This document shows, piece after piece, positions 43,127 to 54,649 of a DNA stretch of 60,531 nt. Position 1 is the stretch's first letter, and each line of letters opens with the position of its first letter. The stretch is taken from contig JBCCWR010000003.1 in assembly GCA_039193385.1 (NCBI GenBank), positions 1 through 60,531 on the forward strand, in the 5' to 3' direction. The position numbers were made by a program, and so were the translations under genes. The notes below the pieces were generated by a model. That model had not been told where the DNA came from and made no database searches. It was given only the letters and a program-made list of their open reading frames with translations. This DNA is from Verrucomicrobiota bacterium (GTDB taxonomy: Bacteria; Verrucomicrobiota; Verrucomicrobiia; Methylacidiphilales; JBCCWR01).

Positions 43127-46100
43127 GCCTTTGTTTCCTTATGCTTAACTTTACCTTTATCTTTATCTTTAATCAAAACCGTAACTGTTTGACCTGCCTG
43201 AATGGGTTTACCTTCTTCACAATGCACACTATGAATGGTGCCATCAAAGGGCGCTAGAATGCGTGTTTCCATTTTCATCGCCTCCACTATGATGATGGTA
43301 TCTCCTTCATCAACGACCTGACCTTCTTCAACTTCGATTTTCCAGACATTGCCCGTAATCACTGAGGGAATCTCTTCACCATTCTCTGGCACATCGATAG
43401 TGCAATCATTGTCATGGTCTCGAGTGAGTGATGGATCAACTGAAGTAAAAATGTTCTGACCTGCCGCCACCCATCGTTCACGTTCTTCTATAAAGGCTTT
43501 CTGCTGGGTTGTTTTAAATTCACTAATCGATTGGGCATTGTCTTTCAGGAAAGCATTGTAGTCTTTCAGGCTGAAGGTTTTCTCCTCTACCTTTAATTTA
43601 AACTGACCTTGTGGAAAGTCAGACCGTATCTGCATAAGTTCATCGTGACTCACGGGGTAGAAACGGAGTTGATCAAAAAACCGTAGCAACCAGGGCTTGC
43701 CCTCTTTAAAATCTGCAGTCTGTTTGTACGTATTCCAGACTTGGATTGTTCTGCCGCATAACTGATAGCCACCCGGACCTTCCATACCATAAATACAAAG
43801 ATAAGCTCCACCTATACCGACAGCATTCTCCGGCGTCCAGGTCCTGGCCGGGTTATACTTGGTCGTCACCAAACGGTGGCGTGGGTCAATGGGAGTAGCC
43901 ACAGGAGCACCCAGGTACACATCCCCCAAACCAAGAACCATATAACTGGCATCAAAGAAAATACGATAAACATCATCTATGGAATTAAGTCCATTGATAC
44001 GACGAATAAATTCAATATTGCTGGGACACCACGGGGCGTTCTGACGGACACTTTGAGAATAATGATCAATGGCTTTTTGAATAGAGTCGTCATTCCATGC
44101 CAGTGGAAGGTGCACAAGGCGTGAACTCACTTCCATATCTTCGACAGAAGGGAGATTGTGCTCCGCTTCTACAAGAAGATCCATGAGATCTTTTAAGGGA
44201 AGAGTGCCATTATCAAAGTGAATCTGTAACGAACGAATACCGGGCGTGAGATCAATGATGCCTGGTAACACCAGTTTTTGCAGATACTCCATCAAGGCAT
44301 GAACCCGAAAACGTATGTTCATATCCAAGGCCATAGGACCATACTCTACGAGGACATACTTATCACCTGCTCCACGATATACGACACTGAGATTAAGGTC
44401 TTTTTCGGGTAATTGATGAATAACCGCTTCATCTAATCTATGTTCCTTTTGTTCTGAAGAGGAGCGTTCAACCGTGACCATGGACAAGGCTTGAATCGTT
44501 TTGTTTTGTGCCTCTTCCCGCGCACAGGCCTCATCATAACTCCAACGGATAAAACGCACGGCATCTCCCGCTTTGAGCTGACCCAGCTTCCATAGCTCTG
44601 CCTGGACCACTACAGCAGGACAGACAAATCCACCCAGACTAGGACCATCCTGCCCGAGGATGATGGGCATATCTCCGGTAAAATCTATGGTTCCTACAGC
44701 ATAGGCATTATCATGAATATTTGACGGATGGAGACCTGCTTCCCCCCCATCTTTTCTAGCCCATGTCGGCTTGGGACCTATCAGACGAATGCCTGTACGA
44801 TCTGAGTTATAATGAATTTCCCAATCCGTGGAGAAAAACATTTCAATGTCTTCATCAGTGAAAAAATCTGGCGCACCGTGAGGACCATATAAGACGCCGA
44901 TTTCCCATGAATTGCTGTATGAGGGAATAAGTGAACTATCGATAGTTTGAAAAGAATTTTCTAAAACCCCTACTTGTGCTTGTTCTTTTTCCTTTTCTTT
45001 TTGCAGATGCAGGACATCCGTAGCTTGCAAAGGACGTCCCCCATGACCTCCAAATTGACCAAGACTGAATGTAGTGCAACTCCCCATAAACTCAGGCACA
45101 TCCCATCCATTTTTAATAGTTAAATACGCGCGTGCGCCTGCACCTTTAAGTTTTCCTATCTTTAAAATCTGACCTGGTTTGATAGAAACAACTTTCCAGT
45201 ATTCGATCGCTTCATCATCCAACTTTGCCTCCATAAAGGCACCGGTTAGAACAATATGGGTAGCCGTATTAAATTTTAAACTGCAGCCCGTGATCGTCAT
45301 CTCCAGTCCGGGAGCGCTTTCTTCATTACCCAGCATACGATTACCTAAACGAAGCGCATAATGGTCCATAGGTCCGGAAGGCGGAACACCGACAGCCCAG
45401 TAACCCAAACGACCGGGATAATCGACCACCAACGTCATGGTGCCGGCTTGCAATACTTCTACCGTATGGGGATGATGGATAAAATCCTTAAGAAATGTTG
45501 TGGTCATCTTACCGTCGACAAAGGTTGCATCCTGTAAAATATCGATCAGGTATTCTTTATTGGTTTCGATACCATGCAGCTTTGTCTTCTGCAGCCCATC
45601 CTTAAGGTGTTGGATAGATTGTTCACGGGTCCCGCTGTAAGAAATGATCTTGGCGATCATCGGATCATAAAATGCCGTTATGTCCGAACCCGACTCCACC
45701 CATGTTTCACAACGCAGTGACTCAGGAAAATGAGTCAAGGTCAGTTTGCCTGCGCTGGGGCGAAAATCAGCAGAGGGGTTTTCTGCATAAATACGAACTT
45801 CGATGGCTGAGCCCTCGGGTTTGAAGCCAAAATGATCTAAAGGCTCAAGCTCTCCCGCAGCCTGCTTAACCATGAATTCGACGAGATCCACTTTATAAAC
45901 TTCTTCCGTCACCCCATGCTCAACCTGAAGACGTGCATTAACCTCCAGGAAATAAAATGCTTCCGTATCATCATCATAAATAAATTCAACCGTTCCGGCA
46001 TTGCGGTAAGAAACGGTCTGGCCCAGCTTCACGGCGGCATCACACATAGCCGCTCTGATGTTATCGCTCAGTCGAGGTGCTGGGCATTCTTCAATAACTT

Positions 46101-46809
46101 TCTGGTTTCTTCTCTGCGTGGAGCAGTCACGCTCACCCAGTGCTATGACAGACCCTTTTCCATCGCCAAAGATTTGCACTTCAATGTGGCGGGCACGTTC
46201 AATGTATTTTTCGATGAATAACCCGCTATCGCCAAAGTTATTCTTGCCCAGCATCTTGACAGATGAGATGGCTTCGATGAGTTCCTCTTTTTTTCTTACC
46301 AGCCGGATTCCGATACCACCGCCGCCCGCTGTGCTTTTAACCATCAATGGATAACCTATCTCTTCCGCTGCATGAATCGCTTCGTCTTCCGCTTGAATCA
46401 ATCCAGTTCCAGGACACAGCGGCACTTGAACACTCTGGGCCAATTCACGAGCAGCGTGCTTCAGTCCAAACGCACGCATTTGTTCAGCAGTGGGACCAAT
46501 GAAAGTAAGCCCTGCCTCATCACAGGCTTCAACAAATGCAGGATTTTCACTTAAAAAGCCATAGCCGGGATGAATCGCTTGTGCCCCTGTTGCTTGGGCC
46601 GCTTTTATAACTTGATCCGCATTAAGATAACTCGCTTGAACCGGAGCCGGGCCAAGGCAAAAAGCTTCATCTGCATCAAGCACATGTTTTGCATAACGAT
46701 CCGCCTCCGAGTAAACAGCAACGGACTTGATATCCATCCGCTTCAGAGTTCGCATCACTCTACAGGCAATGGCGCCACGGTTAGCGATAAGAACCTTATC
46801 AAACATCAT
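43123..46809 (-). CDS. uca: Urea/guanidine carboxylase (Asp-type, guanidine-preferring)
   Basis: Biotin carboxylase ([13 protein letters not shown]), CT domain [25 protein letters not shown] biotin site. Confidence 0.96.
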   Translation of the reverse strand: MMFDKVLIANRGAIACRVMRTLKRMDIKSVAVYSEADRYAKHVLDADEAFCLGPAPVQASYLNADQVIKAAQATGAQAIHPGYGFLSENPAFVEACDEAGLTFIGPTAEQMRAFGLKHAARELAQSVQVPLCPGTGLIQAEDEAIHAAEEIGYPLMVKSTAGGGGIGIRLVRKKEELIEAISSVKMLGKNNFGDSGLFIEKYIERARHIEVQIFGDGKGSVIALGERDCSTQRRNQKVIEECPAPRLSDNIRAAMCDAAVKLGQTVSYRNAGTVEFIYDDDTEAFYFLEVNARLQVEHGVTEEVYKVDLVEFMVKQAAGELEPLDHFGFKPEGSAIEVRIYAENPSADFRPSAGKLTLTHFPESLRCETWVESGSDITAFYDPMIAKIISYSGTREQSIQHLKDGLQKTKLHGIETNKEYLIDILQDATFVDGKMTTTFLKDFIHHPHTVEVLQAGTMTLVVDYPGRLGYWAVGVPPSGPMDHYALRLGNRMLGNEESAPGLEMTITGCSLKFNTATHIVLTGAFMEAKLDDEAIEYWKVVSIKPGQILKIGKLKGAGARAYLTIKNGWDVPEFMGSCTTFSLGQFGGHGGRPLQATDVLHLQKEKEKEQAQVGVLENSFQTIDSSLIPSYSNSWEIGVLYGPHGAPDFFTDEDIEMFFSTDWEIHYNSDRTGIRLIGPKPTWARKDGGEAGLHPSNIHDNAYAVGTIDFTGDMPIILGQDGPSLGGFVCPAVVVQAELWKLGQLKAGDAVRFIRWSYDEACAREEAQNKTIQALSMVTVERSSSEQKEHRLDEAVIHQLPEKDLNLSVVYRGAGDKYVLVEYGPMALDMNIRFRVHALMEYLQKLVLPGIIDLTPGIRSLQIHFDNGTLPLKDLMDLLVEAEHNLPSVEDMEVSSRLVHLPLAWNDDSIQKAIDHYSQSVRQNAPWCPSNIEFIRRINGLNSIDDVYRIFFDASYMVLGLGDVYLGAPVATPIDPRHRLVTTKYNPARTWTPENAVGIGGAYLCIYGMEGPGGYQLCGRTIQVWNTYKQTADFKEGKPWLLRFFDQLRFYPVSHDELMQIRSDFPQGQFKLKVEEKTFSLKDYNAFLKDNAQSISEFKTTQQKAFIEERERWVAAGQNIFTSVDPSLTRDHDNDCTIDVPENGEEIPSVITGNVWKIEVEEGQVVDEGDTIIIVEAMKMETRILAPFDGTIHSVHCEEGKPIQAGQTVTVLIKDKDKGKVKHKETKA

Positions 46810-47447
46810 TCATTCCAAATAAGCACTTGGGCTGGGGTCGGATTGTATGCGTTACATGGATTATTCAGTTGGGGACAGTTTGATATAAGACAAACAGTAT
46901 CCATCTCAGCTTTTAGCTCGACATAACGACCTGGAGCAGAGATTCCATCTGCAAAGGTAAGTCCTCCCTCGGGGGTCACCGGCACGTTCATGAAGAAGTT
47001 AATATTGTTCGTTATATCACGTTTGGAAACAGGTTGAGGCCATAAAGAAGCAAACTTAGTAAAAGTATCTCTACAAGCATGCATACCATGTTTGTTCAGG
47101 GAATAGCGAACGGTATTGCTCTCTGTGGAACAAGCACCACCCAGCGTGTCGTGTCTCCCACAGGTGTCTGCCGTGATCGTCATCAAGACATTCCCCCGGG
47201 TGGTTATTAACTGCGCACCTGCAGTCAGGTAGATATTCCCCTGCTCTCGCATTGTGTCCACTGCACTGTAGCGGTCTGCAAAATCATGAGCATTGTAAAA
47301 AAGAGTATCAACGGCCTGATTCCCTTCCAGGTCAACAATACGCAATGTTTGTCCACTACTAATTTCATGCATCCAACCATCTCCCGCATCAATGACTTTG
47401 TCATAAGCGGCCTCTTCTGTCTTTAATGTGCTTTCTACGGTCTTCAT
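46806..47447 (-). CDS. cgdB: Carboxyguanidine deiminase subunit B (UAAP2, DUF1989)
   Basis: [34 protein letters not shown]. Confidence 0.92.
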   Translation of the reverse strand: MKTVESTLKTEEAAYDKVIDAGDGWMHEISSGQTLRIVDLEGNQAVDTLFYNAHDFADRYSAVDTMREQGNIYLTAGAQLITTRGNVLMTITADTCGRHDTLGGACSTESNTVRYSLNKHGMHACRDTFTKFASLWPQPVSKRDITNNINFFMNVPVTPEGGLTFADGISAPGRYVELKAEMDTVCLISNCPQLNNPCNAYNPTPAQVLIWNE

Positions 47448-47488
47448 CTTTTTTAACTAATGGGGTTACTCATCTCGGAGCTATTGAA

Positions 47489-48211
47489 CTATAGGAAATA
47501 TCTTTCTGTATTAATAAAACCACGTTGATTCTCAGGACATGATGTTCGACACAGGTCATCATCGGCTACTTCGGCTACCTCCCAGATAATGGCTTTAACC
47601 CGTTTTGCAGTATAGGTCTCCGATGTATCGAGCGGATGAGGGCATGTGTTTAAAATAACCAGCGTGTTCATCTCAGAACGAAGATCCACAAAATCCCCGG
47701 CTTGTGAATTACCAGCTTGATATGAGAGCTGGCCCTCAGAGTCCGTAACGACCTTGCTAAAAAAATTCACACAGGGAATGATATCGCGTAGCCCCATATT
47801 ATATTTAGCAAGCTCTTGAAGAAACCCGTCTCGCGCGTTGCGGTAGTATTTATTACGAAGTTTCTGGAAAGATCCCTCACCATACTTTTCATGAATGATT
47901 TTTGGTGTTGAATGTCCTGCTACGGTGTCATGCCAGCCTACTGTATCCTTGATAATGGAAACAAGAATACGCCCCATATCAGAATAGAGACAATGGCCTT
48001 GTGTGAGTAAGAAGGTATGTTGGGCCTTTAATGTATCTGGCATATTATAACGTTCCGTCAGACATACTGAATTGTAAAGCATGGTGGAAATATTGGCTCC
48101 TCCTTCCAAGTCAATAAGACGCAGAGCTGTGCCACGTTTGAGAATATGGGACCAGTTTTCTCCGGGAGCCAGGTTGACTTCAAAACGAATTTTTTCTTCA
48201 GGTATATCCAT
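47489..48211 (-). CDS. cgdA: Carboxyguanidine deiminase subunit A (UAAP1, DUF1989)
   Basis: ERYNMPDTLKAQ, SDMGR, WHD, VNFFSKV, CPHPLD. Confidence 0.92.
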   Translation of the reverse strand: MDIPEEKIRFEVNLAPGENWSHILKRGTALRLIDLEGGANISTMLYNSVCLTERYNMPDTLKAQHTFLLTQGHCLYSDMGRILVSIIKDTVGWHDTVAGHSTPKIIHEKYGEGSFQKLRNKYYRNARDGFLQELAKYNMGLRDIIPCVNFFSKVVTDSEGQLSYQAGNSQAGDFVDLRSEMNTLVILNTCPHPLDTSETYTAKRVKAIIWEVAEVADDDLCRTSCPENQRGFINTERYFL

Positions 48212-48220
48212 AAATGATAC

Positions 48221-48673
48221 TCAATAAATTTGTGGCAAGATAGTTGAACTGAGTTCCAGCTTGCCCTGGGTAACTCCCTTACATGTTATAAGTTCATCAG
48301 AAATCTTCTTGAGGCGTTTGGCCGGCCCCTGCATGAGAAGAACCTGTAAAGAATGCCCCCGTTCGAGATGCACAACCTGAACGGTAATAATCTCTTTAAG
48401 ATACTTATGCTGTAAATCTGTAAGTTTATTCTGCACATCACGCTTGCGGTGCTCATAAACCAGGGTCAGCACGCCCGTCATCACCGCATTACTATGCTTC
48501 ACACGATGTTCGCCAACAGCCCGACTGACTAACTCCGCAATGGCTTGTGAGCGACTGGCAAACCCGCGTTGCTCACTGATGCGTTCAAAGTCATGAAAGA
48601 GTGCGCTGGGCAGGCATACCGTAAAACGCTCCACACCATCATTCGATTCCATTCGCTTTTTACTTACACTCAT
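48221..48673 (-). CDS. NikR-like ribbon-helix-helix regulator with degenerate Ni site
   Basis: RFTVCL beta strand, SRSQAI, LVYEH..RD, QH...VH ACT-like domain. Confidence 0.88.
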   Translation of the reverse strand: MSVSKKRMESNDGVERFTVCLPSALFHDFERISEQRGFASRSQAIAELVSRAVGEHRVKHSNAVMTGVLTLVYEHRKRDVQNKLTDLQHKYLKEIITVQVVHLERGHSLQVLLMQGPAKRLKKISDELITCKGVTQGKLELSSTILPQIY

Positions 48674-48741
48674 AATATGAATATTTTATTAAATAGTATG
48701 AATAGAGGATCAATACTTTTATTCATTCTGGTTTATTTTAC

Positions 48742-49656
48742 TTACTCTACCTCATCCCCAACGCGGGTCATTTTGACGATGGGCAACCCATTCTCACCCT
48801 CCGGCTTTTCCGGATGAATGAGATGTTCCAGGCGCTTTTTGATCGATAAAAATAGTGGACTTAAAAACTGATCAGGATTTCGAGGACGAGGCACGCCCAC
48901 TTCAATAATTTCTCTAACTCTACCAGGGTGGCTGTCCAGTATGGTAATACGATCTCCCAAATAAGTCGCCTCATCCAGGTCATGCGTAATAAATAAAATG
49001 GTCACATCCACCTCCCGCCATATCTGCAAAAGATGAGACTGCATTTGCGCACGCGTCTGCGCATCGAGCGCGGCAAAGGGTTCATCCATGATGAGGATAC
49101 GTGGCTGGTTGGCCAGTGCTCTGGCAATAGCAACGCGCTGTTTCATGCCGCCAGAAAGTTGACAGGGATAGTGGTTGGCAAATTTTGCCAAGCCGACCAG
49201 ATCAATCCATTCCATGGCTTCAGACTCAACGCTGGTGGAACGTCCTTGTTTGATTTCCAAGCCAAACATGACGTTTTTCTTCACCGTTAACCAGGGAAAG
49301 AGCGTATAACCCTGAAAAACCATGCCGCGATCCGATCCAGGACCCAACACAGGGTTACCATCCAGCAAAGCCTCACCTGAGGTTGGATAATCCAGGCCTG
49401 CAATAATGCGTATCAAAGTGGATTTGCCACATCCCGAAGGGCCGACAATCATATGAAATTCCCGTCGATACAACTGCAGGTTCACATCCTGCAGAGCGAC
49501 TGTCGTTTTGTCACCCGCACAAAATTCACGCCCCAGCGATTGAATATCCAGTATCACGGGACGTTGCTTCAACTCCTCAAAACGTTGCTTCATCTCAGGA
49601 GTCTTATCCTTATAATCAGGCAACTCTAAGGCTTTAACTTCCTCGTTTAGATTCAT
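48742..49656 (-). CDS. ABC transporter ATP-binding protein (TauB/SsuB-like)
   Basis: [21 protein letters not shown]. Confidence 0.95.
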   Translation of the reverse strand: MNLNEEVKALELPDYKDKTPEMKQRFEELKQRPVILDIQSLGREFCAGDKTTVALQDVNLQLYRREFHMIVGPSGCGKSTLIRIIAGLDYPTSGEALLDGNPVLGPGSDRGMVFQGYTLFPWLTVKKNVMFGLEIKQGRSTSVESEAMEWIDLVGLAKFANHYPCQLSGGMKQRVAIARALANQPRILIMDEPFAALDAQTRAQMQSHLLQIWREVDVTILFITHDLDEATYLGDRITILDSHPGRVREIIEVGVPRPRNPDQFLSPLFLSIKKRLEHLIHPEKPEGENGLPIVKMTRVGDEVE

Positions 49657-51002
49657 GCCGCTGACTCCGTCTGCTTCTTTTTAAAGAGCGTGCTTAAGAA
49701 AGTTTTTTGTTTCTTCTTGTAATGCCAGGGGAAAAGATACACGCGCAGCCAGGATAAAAACTGATCTGTAAAAAACCCTAAGAGGCCGATCGAAATGATA
49801 ACCGGAAAGACTCGCTCAAAGTTTCTCCAACGTCCCTGGGTTTCAATAAATTCCGTTAGACCTGTTTTAACCCCAACTAATTCAGCAATAACCAGCCAGG
49901 TCCATGACCAACCCAGAAGAATACGTAAGTCATTATATAAATTGGGAAGAATACCAGGAACAATGACTTTACCTAACACATGCCTGTCTTTAGCGCCTAG
50001 AGTTTGAGCCGCCTCAATCAATGAACAATCCAACTGTCTGGTTGTTTTGGAGATAACTAGAACCATTTGAAAAAAGGTTCCTATAAAAACGAGAGCTATT
50101 TTGGGTGCATCATACGCCATGAAGATAGCAACTAGCAATGTGCTGAAAGCCGGGGCAGGCATATAACGAAAGAAATCAATAAACGGTTCAAACAATCTGG
50201 AAAAAAAATCATACGTTCCACAAAGAACACCCAGCGGAACACCAATCAGACAGGACAAGAGAAACCCTCCAAAGACTATCTTCAGAGAATGAAGAAACCG
50301 CTCATACATCCATGGTTTGTCGCCCGTCGGTTCTCGAAAAAAATCTATAATACCTGCCTTAACAATCTCATGGGGTGCTGGAAGATACACCGGATTGGAA
50401 GCCTTCCCTTGCGGAATAAGTTTAAGCAGCTGCTCTTCCGGCAAAGATTTGTAATCATATTCTTCGGCAAGGGATGATAAATATGTCCAGTTTTTCTGAA
50501 TAATTTCCAGATTTTCCGAACTAAGAGCAGGTCTGGTTGCTTTGATAGAACCAACAGCTATCTGCTGCCAAAGGGCATAAATGGCTTTATCATCTTCTTT
50601 TTGCGTATCTGACAAAAAGCCATTTTCAATACCGAGTGATGCAAGTTGACGCAGGATTCTCTGGTTAACCCGTTTGGTTGTTTGAATGGGAGAGGCCTTT
50701 GCTTTAGCCTGGAGGACATCTTGATTCTCCGCTCGTATAGCCTCCTGAAAGGAAGGCATAAATTCTTTATCAATTCGGTCTCCTGCCGTGTAGACCGTCT
50801 TAACATCTTTCTGCTCCGCGGAAATTTCTAATTTAACATCGGGATGCCAGGCAAACGGCGGCACATAACTCAACAAGCACCAGAAGAGAATAGGAATCAA
50901 GAAAGAGCATATCGTAAGAATGACCTGCCTTTTTCGAGATAAGTCGTGCCTGATAACAAACCACCCGAACTGAGGCCTTGCTTTCGATTGTTGCTCCGTC
51001 AT
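49653..51002 (-). CDS. ABC transporter permease with large N-terminal loop insertion
   Basis: [27 protein letters not shown]; probable ATG 51002. Confidence 0.92.
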   Translation of the reverse strand: MTEQQSKARPQFGWFVIRHDLSRKRQVILTICSFLIPILFWCLLSYVPPFAWHPDVKLEISAEQKDVKTVYTAGDRIDKEFMPSFQEAIRAENQDVLQAKAKASPIQTTKRVNQRILRQLASLGIENGFLSDTQKEDDKAIYALWQQIAVGSIKATRPALSSENLEIIQKNWTYLSSLAEEYDYKSLPEEQLLKLIPQGKASNPVYLPAPHEIVKAGIIDFFREPTGDKPWMYERFLHSLKIVFGGFLLSCLIGVPLGVLCGTYDFFSRLFEPFIDFFRYMPAPAFSTLLVAIFMAYDAPKIALVFIGTFFQMVLVISKTTRQLDCSLIEAAQTLGAKDRHVLGKVIVPGILPNLYNDLRILLGWSWTWLVIAELVGVKTGLTEFIETQGRWRNFERVFPVIISIGLLGFFTDQFLSWLRVYLFPWHYKKKQKTFLSTLFKKKQTESAA

Positions 51003-51013
51003 GGATCTTGCTG

Positions 51014-51050
51014 AAAAACCAGCCTGCGGTCTCAAATAACCACAGACTGG
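51014..51050 (-). terminator. Intra-operon terminator-like hairpin after the SBP gene
   Basis: Minus strand CCAGTCTGTGGT-TATTTGAG-ACCGCAGGCTGG-TTTTT. Confidence 0.65.
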
Positions 51051-51067
51051 CACCGTTTTATTTTATC

Positions 51068-52126
51068 TTAATCTACCATCACTTCTGTCAGAGCAGGCTC
51101 AAGGTATTTTTCAATTTCCAGAGGAGCTTCATAAACCCCATACTTTACATTGAATTCATCCACTATTTTGGAGGAGCCGTACACAGAACCCAGCCCTTCA
51201 GCTGATTTCCATTTTTCTAGAGCTTCTTCTAGGCTCAAAATATAAGTTCCCTTGAAGAAAGGTTCATATTCTTCAGGAGAAATATTTACCCGCGCAGAAA
51301 GAATCTTCAGTGCCTCATCAATGTTGGCTTCATCTTTCAAGAAATCAACGATCCTGTACCAGACCTTAACCACTTTGGCCCAATCCTCAGTATGAGCGGC
51401 CAGACTTTCAGGCGATACATAAAGAAGGTCATAGATGATTCCCGGAGCATCCGCGGAGGTGAAAACAGGTGTAGAGCCCGCAACTGTTTTCAAAGCCTGC
51501 CCGGAGTTTGGCTGCCATGCGCCGATCGCATCCACATCACCCGAAGCAAGCACCTGGGGCGTTTCATTGGTAGGTGTATTAACAATGGTTACGTCCGTGT
51601 CAGAAAGTCCGGCACTTTCCAGGCCTTTCAGTAAAAGCAGATGACAGACAAACCCTTCTTCCACACCAATCTTCTTCCCTTTAAGATCAGCCACCGTTTT
51701 AATACCGGGTTGTGCCACGATCATGTCATTCCCATTAGAAAAGTCATTGATAATAATGCCTACAGAAGGTTTACCGGTAGCACCTGTAACCAAGGCATCA
51801 CCATTTGTCATACATACCGCATCTACATTACCCGCGACATAGGCATCCATAGAGGCCACATAGTCATACCACTCAAACTTGACGTTGACGCCTTCTTCAG
51901 CAAACCATTTCTTGGCTATACCGATTTCCCATGCCACCCAACCAGGCCAGTCGCTGTAGGCGATTTTTAAGGGTGTTTCTGCTGCTGTTTCTACAGGAAC
52001 TTCTGCAGGTTTGGATTCCTCTGTAGTGGTTACAGGCGCTTCACTTGCCGGTTCACTACAGCCGATGATTATTAATGTGGATAGTGCGATTGCTGGCACC
52101 ATACCTAACCATTTCATTTTTATCAT
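51068..52126 (-). CDS. ABC substrate-binding lipoprotein (urea carboxylase-region type)
   Basis: Lipobox IIGC, SDWPGW, MTNGDAL, SNGND, WQP. Confidence 0.9.
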   Translation of the reverse strand: MIKMKWLGMVPAIALSTLIIIGCSEPASEAPVTTTEESKPAEVPVETAAETPLKIAYSDWPGWVAWEIGIAKKWFAEEGVNVKFEWYDYVASMDAYVAGNVDAVCMTNGDALVTGATGKPSVGIIINDFSNGNDMIVAQPGIKTVADLKGKKIGVEEGFVCHLLLLKGLESAGLSDTDVTIVNTPTNETPQVLASGDVDAIGAWQPNSGQALKTVAGSTPVFTSADAPGIIYDLLYVSPESLAAHTEDWAKVVKVWYRIVDFLKDEANIDEALKILSARVNISPEEYEPFFKGTYILSLEEALEKWKSAEGLGSVYGSSKIVDEFNVKYGVYEAPLEIEKYLEPALTEVMVD

Positions 52127-52230
52127 TATTTACCTCTCTTTTATTTTTATTTTTACTGAATAAATTCAGTAAATATCAGAATAAATTTTATTTCAAACCA
52201 GGTTGTATTTCTTTTAGATCTAACCCTTTA

Positions 52231-52258
52231 GTATGAATTTTTAAAGAATTATTCATAC
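52231..52258. promoter_or_regulatory. NikR-type operator GTATGA-N16-TCATAC
   Basis: GTATGA 52231-52236, 16-bp spacer, TCATAC 52253-52258; the arms extend to AGTATGAAT/ATTCATACT; 105 bp upstream of the operon start. Confidence 0.85.
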
Positions 52259-52573
52259 TTAACCTCAAAAATTAAAGCATCCTGAGACACTTTTTTCTTC
52301 AATTTCAGATCTAAAACCACCAAGGCCCCACGAAGCAAATACCATACCAGCCAAATGAAGCCTGCTGTGGTGGAATTTTAGCTTATTTTTAAACAGCGGC
52401 TGTTCACATTTAGCCATCTTGTAGGATGTTTTTAAACTAAGTGCTCTTTCAAAAAGCCCCTCACACCAAAGGCTCGAGCTTCCAAGATCTAACACAGATG
52501 GTCATGTCGCTATTGCATCATACAGGTTTAATGATCTTGTCATGAGCTTATTTTTATGACAGAGGTAAAGTGA

Positions 52574-53563
52574 ATGGCAGATAAGAAGTACGATATTATT
52601 GGTATTGGATCACCCATTGTTGATTCACTGGCTCATGTCGATGAAGCATTTATCGAGAACATCAAGGGCTCTAAAGGCGGCATGGAGCTCGTCACCAGCG
52701 AGGAGATGTCTGAGCTGATAAGTAAAGTTTCAGGACAAGTCCGCGAAGCTGCAGGAGGTTCCTCAGGAAATACCATCTTTGCTATGCAAAGGTTAGGACT
52801 CTCAACCGCTTTTCTGGGAAAACTTGGCAACGGAGCAGATGGCCGCTTCTACAGCAGAAGCTATCAGTTTCTCGGAGGCAGCACGGACTATTTTAAAACG
52901 GGAGATATTGCTAATGCACGCTGCCTGTCCCTCATTACGCCGGACTCTGAACGCACCATGCGTACAGATCTGGGAGCTGCCGCCACCCTTTCGATCGATG
53001 AAATTTCTTCGAGCGATTTTTCACTATCCCGCCACGCCCATATAGAAGGCTATATGTTGTTCAACAGAGACCTCATGATGCATGTTCTTAAATGTATTCA
53101 AGCCGCTGATTGCTCCATAAGTCTTGACCTGGCTTCATTTGAAGTCGTCGGAGCCGCTCGTGATATTCTTGCTGATATTCTACGTGACTATGTGGATGTG
53201 GTTTTCGCCAATGAAGAAGAAGCAGCTGCCTTTTGCGGAGGTGGGGATGATTATGAAGCCATGGCCCAACAACTGGGCGAATTATGCCGCATAGCCGTAG
53301 TAAAACTAGGTAAGAAAGGTTCCTTAATTTATCATGAAGGTGACCTGGTACGTGTGCCGGCTGTCAAAGTTAAAAATGCCATTGATACCACAGCGGCAGG
53401 CGACCTTTGGGCTGCCGGGTTTCTCTATGGTTGGATCACCGGCCAACCCATGGCGGAATGCGGGCGTTATGGGTCCATTACCTCCGCCGAAGTTGTGCAG
53501 GTGATCGGGTCTGAAATTTCCGATGAAACCTGGCAGGGAAGAATTTTACCTGCTCTTACATAA
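52574..53563 (+). CDS. PfkB-family adenosine kinase-like sugar kinase
   Basis: GSPIVD, GGSSGNT, ERTMRT, ANEEEA, DTTAAGD. Confidence 0.88.
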   Translation: MADKKYDIIGIGSPIVDSLAHVDEAFIENIKGSKGGMELVTSEEMSELISKVSGQVREAAGGSSGNTIFAMQRLGLSTAFLGKLGNGADGRFYSRSYQFLGGSTDYFKTGDIANARCLSLITPDSERTMRTDLGAAATLSIDEISSSDFSLSRHAHIEGYMLFNRDLMMHVLKCIQAADCSISLDLASFEVVGAARDILADILRDYVDVVFANEEEAAAFCGGGDDYEAMAQQLGELCRIAVVKLGKKGSLIYHEGDLVRVPAVKVKNAIDTTAAGDLWAAGFLYGWITGQPMAECGRYGSITSAEVVQVIGSEISDETWQGRILPALT

Positions 53564-53622
53564 TGCTTCAGTTTCCTAAGTGCCAGCCGATTTAAGCATT
53601 TAGATTAATAGATGTTTAAAAT

Positions 53623-54174
53623 ATGCAAGGCAGCAAAAGAATACCAGATATTCGGGAAGCTCTCCTATATAAAGCAGAGCAGTGTGAAACAGACTGTATT
53701 CATAGCGTGATCGAATATAAAAGCCGCTTAGGCCTCGAGCTTGTCATAACATTCACTCTGTTCGCGCTTGGAATGATTGGTGGCGGCGTTTATCTGATTA
53801 CTCTTGGCGCAGTGACTTTGGGCTCCCTACTCATCGGCATCCTGCTTCTTCTGGCAGGTGCTGCATTTGTTCTGGGATACCCGATTACCTACACTTTTAC
53901 TGAAGAACAATTCATGATTCGTTGTGGAGCATTCTATCGTAAATCCATTCCTCTGGGCATTATTAAAGGAGCTTACCCCTGCTTCACCGTGGATGCTGCG
54001 CCAGCCTGGTCTTGCAGAAAACTGAAAATCACCTTCTCCATCTACATGAATCTGGCCTCGGTATCGATCTCACCCCGAAATGAAGATGCTTTTCTGGAGG
54101 ATCTTATCCGCAAATGTCCTCAGTTAAACCGGCAAGATAATAAAGCCATACCCCATACCGCCTGGGAGCAATAA
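53623..54174 (+). CDS. Bacterial PH-domain membrane protein
   Basis: Two TMs then 'L.IRCG...IPL..I...APAWS..KL...ISP..ED.F'. Confidence 0.65.
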   Translation: MQGSKRIPDIREALLYKAEQCETDCIHSVIEYKSRLGLELVITFTLFALGMIGGGVYLITLGAVTLGSLLIGILLLLAGAAFVLGYPITYTFTEEQFMIRCGAFYRKSIPLGIIKGAYPCFTVDAAPAWSCRKLKITFSIYMNLASVSISPRNEDAFLEDLIRKCPQLNRQDNKAIPHTAWEQ

Positions 54175-54528
54175 GCCAGCGAGCTATGCGTTTATAGGAT
54201 TTCCCATAGATTCACAGATACGCATATTTGTTTATAATAAGAGTGCAGACATAGCTTCAAGCAATGAACCTACGACCTCTGGATTAAGTGCAAATTAAAA
54301 CCGCATGATACAGTAGGGCTACAACCATCTGTGCAAGATTCAGGGATCTTGAAAGAGGGGACTTTAGAATCAACTTGTCGTATCACCTTTTGATACAACT
54401 GCGTTATCTCTAAAATCTCTTCTCCTCAAGCTTTGACACATCTGACTCGCCCTCTATGGCTTAATGCGGGTTTAATGACATATTTTCCTTTGCACAGCAT
54501 CGTAACTATGTTTTTATTTTCTTTCTGG

Positions 54529-54603
54529 TCCGGCGTAGCTCAGTGGCAGAGCAGGTGACTGTTAATCACTTGGTCGTTGGTTCGACCCCAACCGCCGGAG
54601 CCA
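54529..54603 (+). tRNA. tRNA-Asn (GTT)
   Basis: TCCGGCG...CGCCGGA-G-CCA cloverleaf, anticodon loop CTGTTAA. Confidence 0.97.
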
Positions 54604-54649
54604 TTTTAAGAAATTGTTTTTAAAACTACGTCTATCACATTCTAAATAT

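Noticed and set aside
48674..48741. Second NikR box upstream of the nikR-like gene
   Set aside because: GTATGA half-site at 48696, but no TCATAC at N16 spacing (only TCAATAC at N8 and TCATTC at N21)
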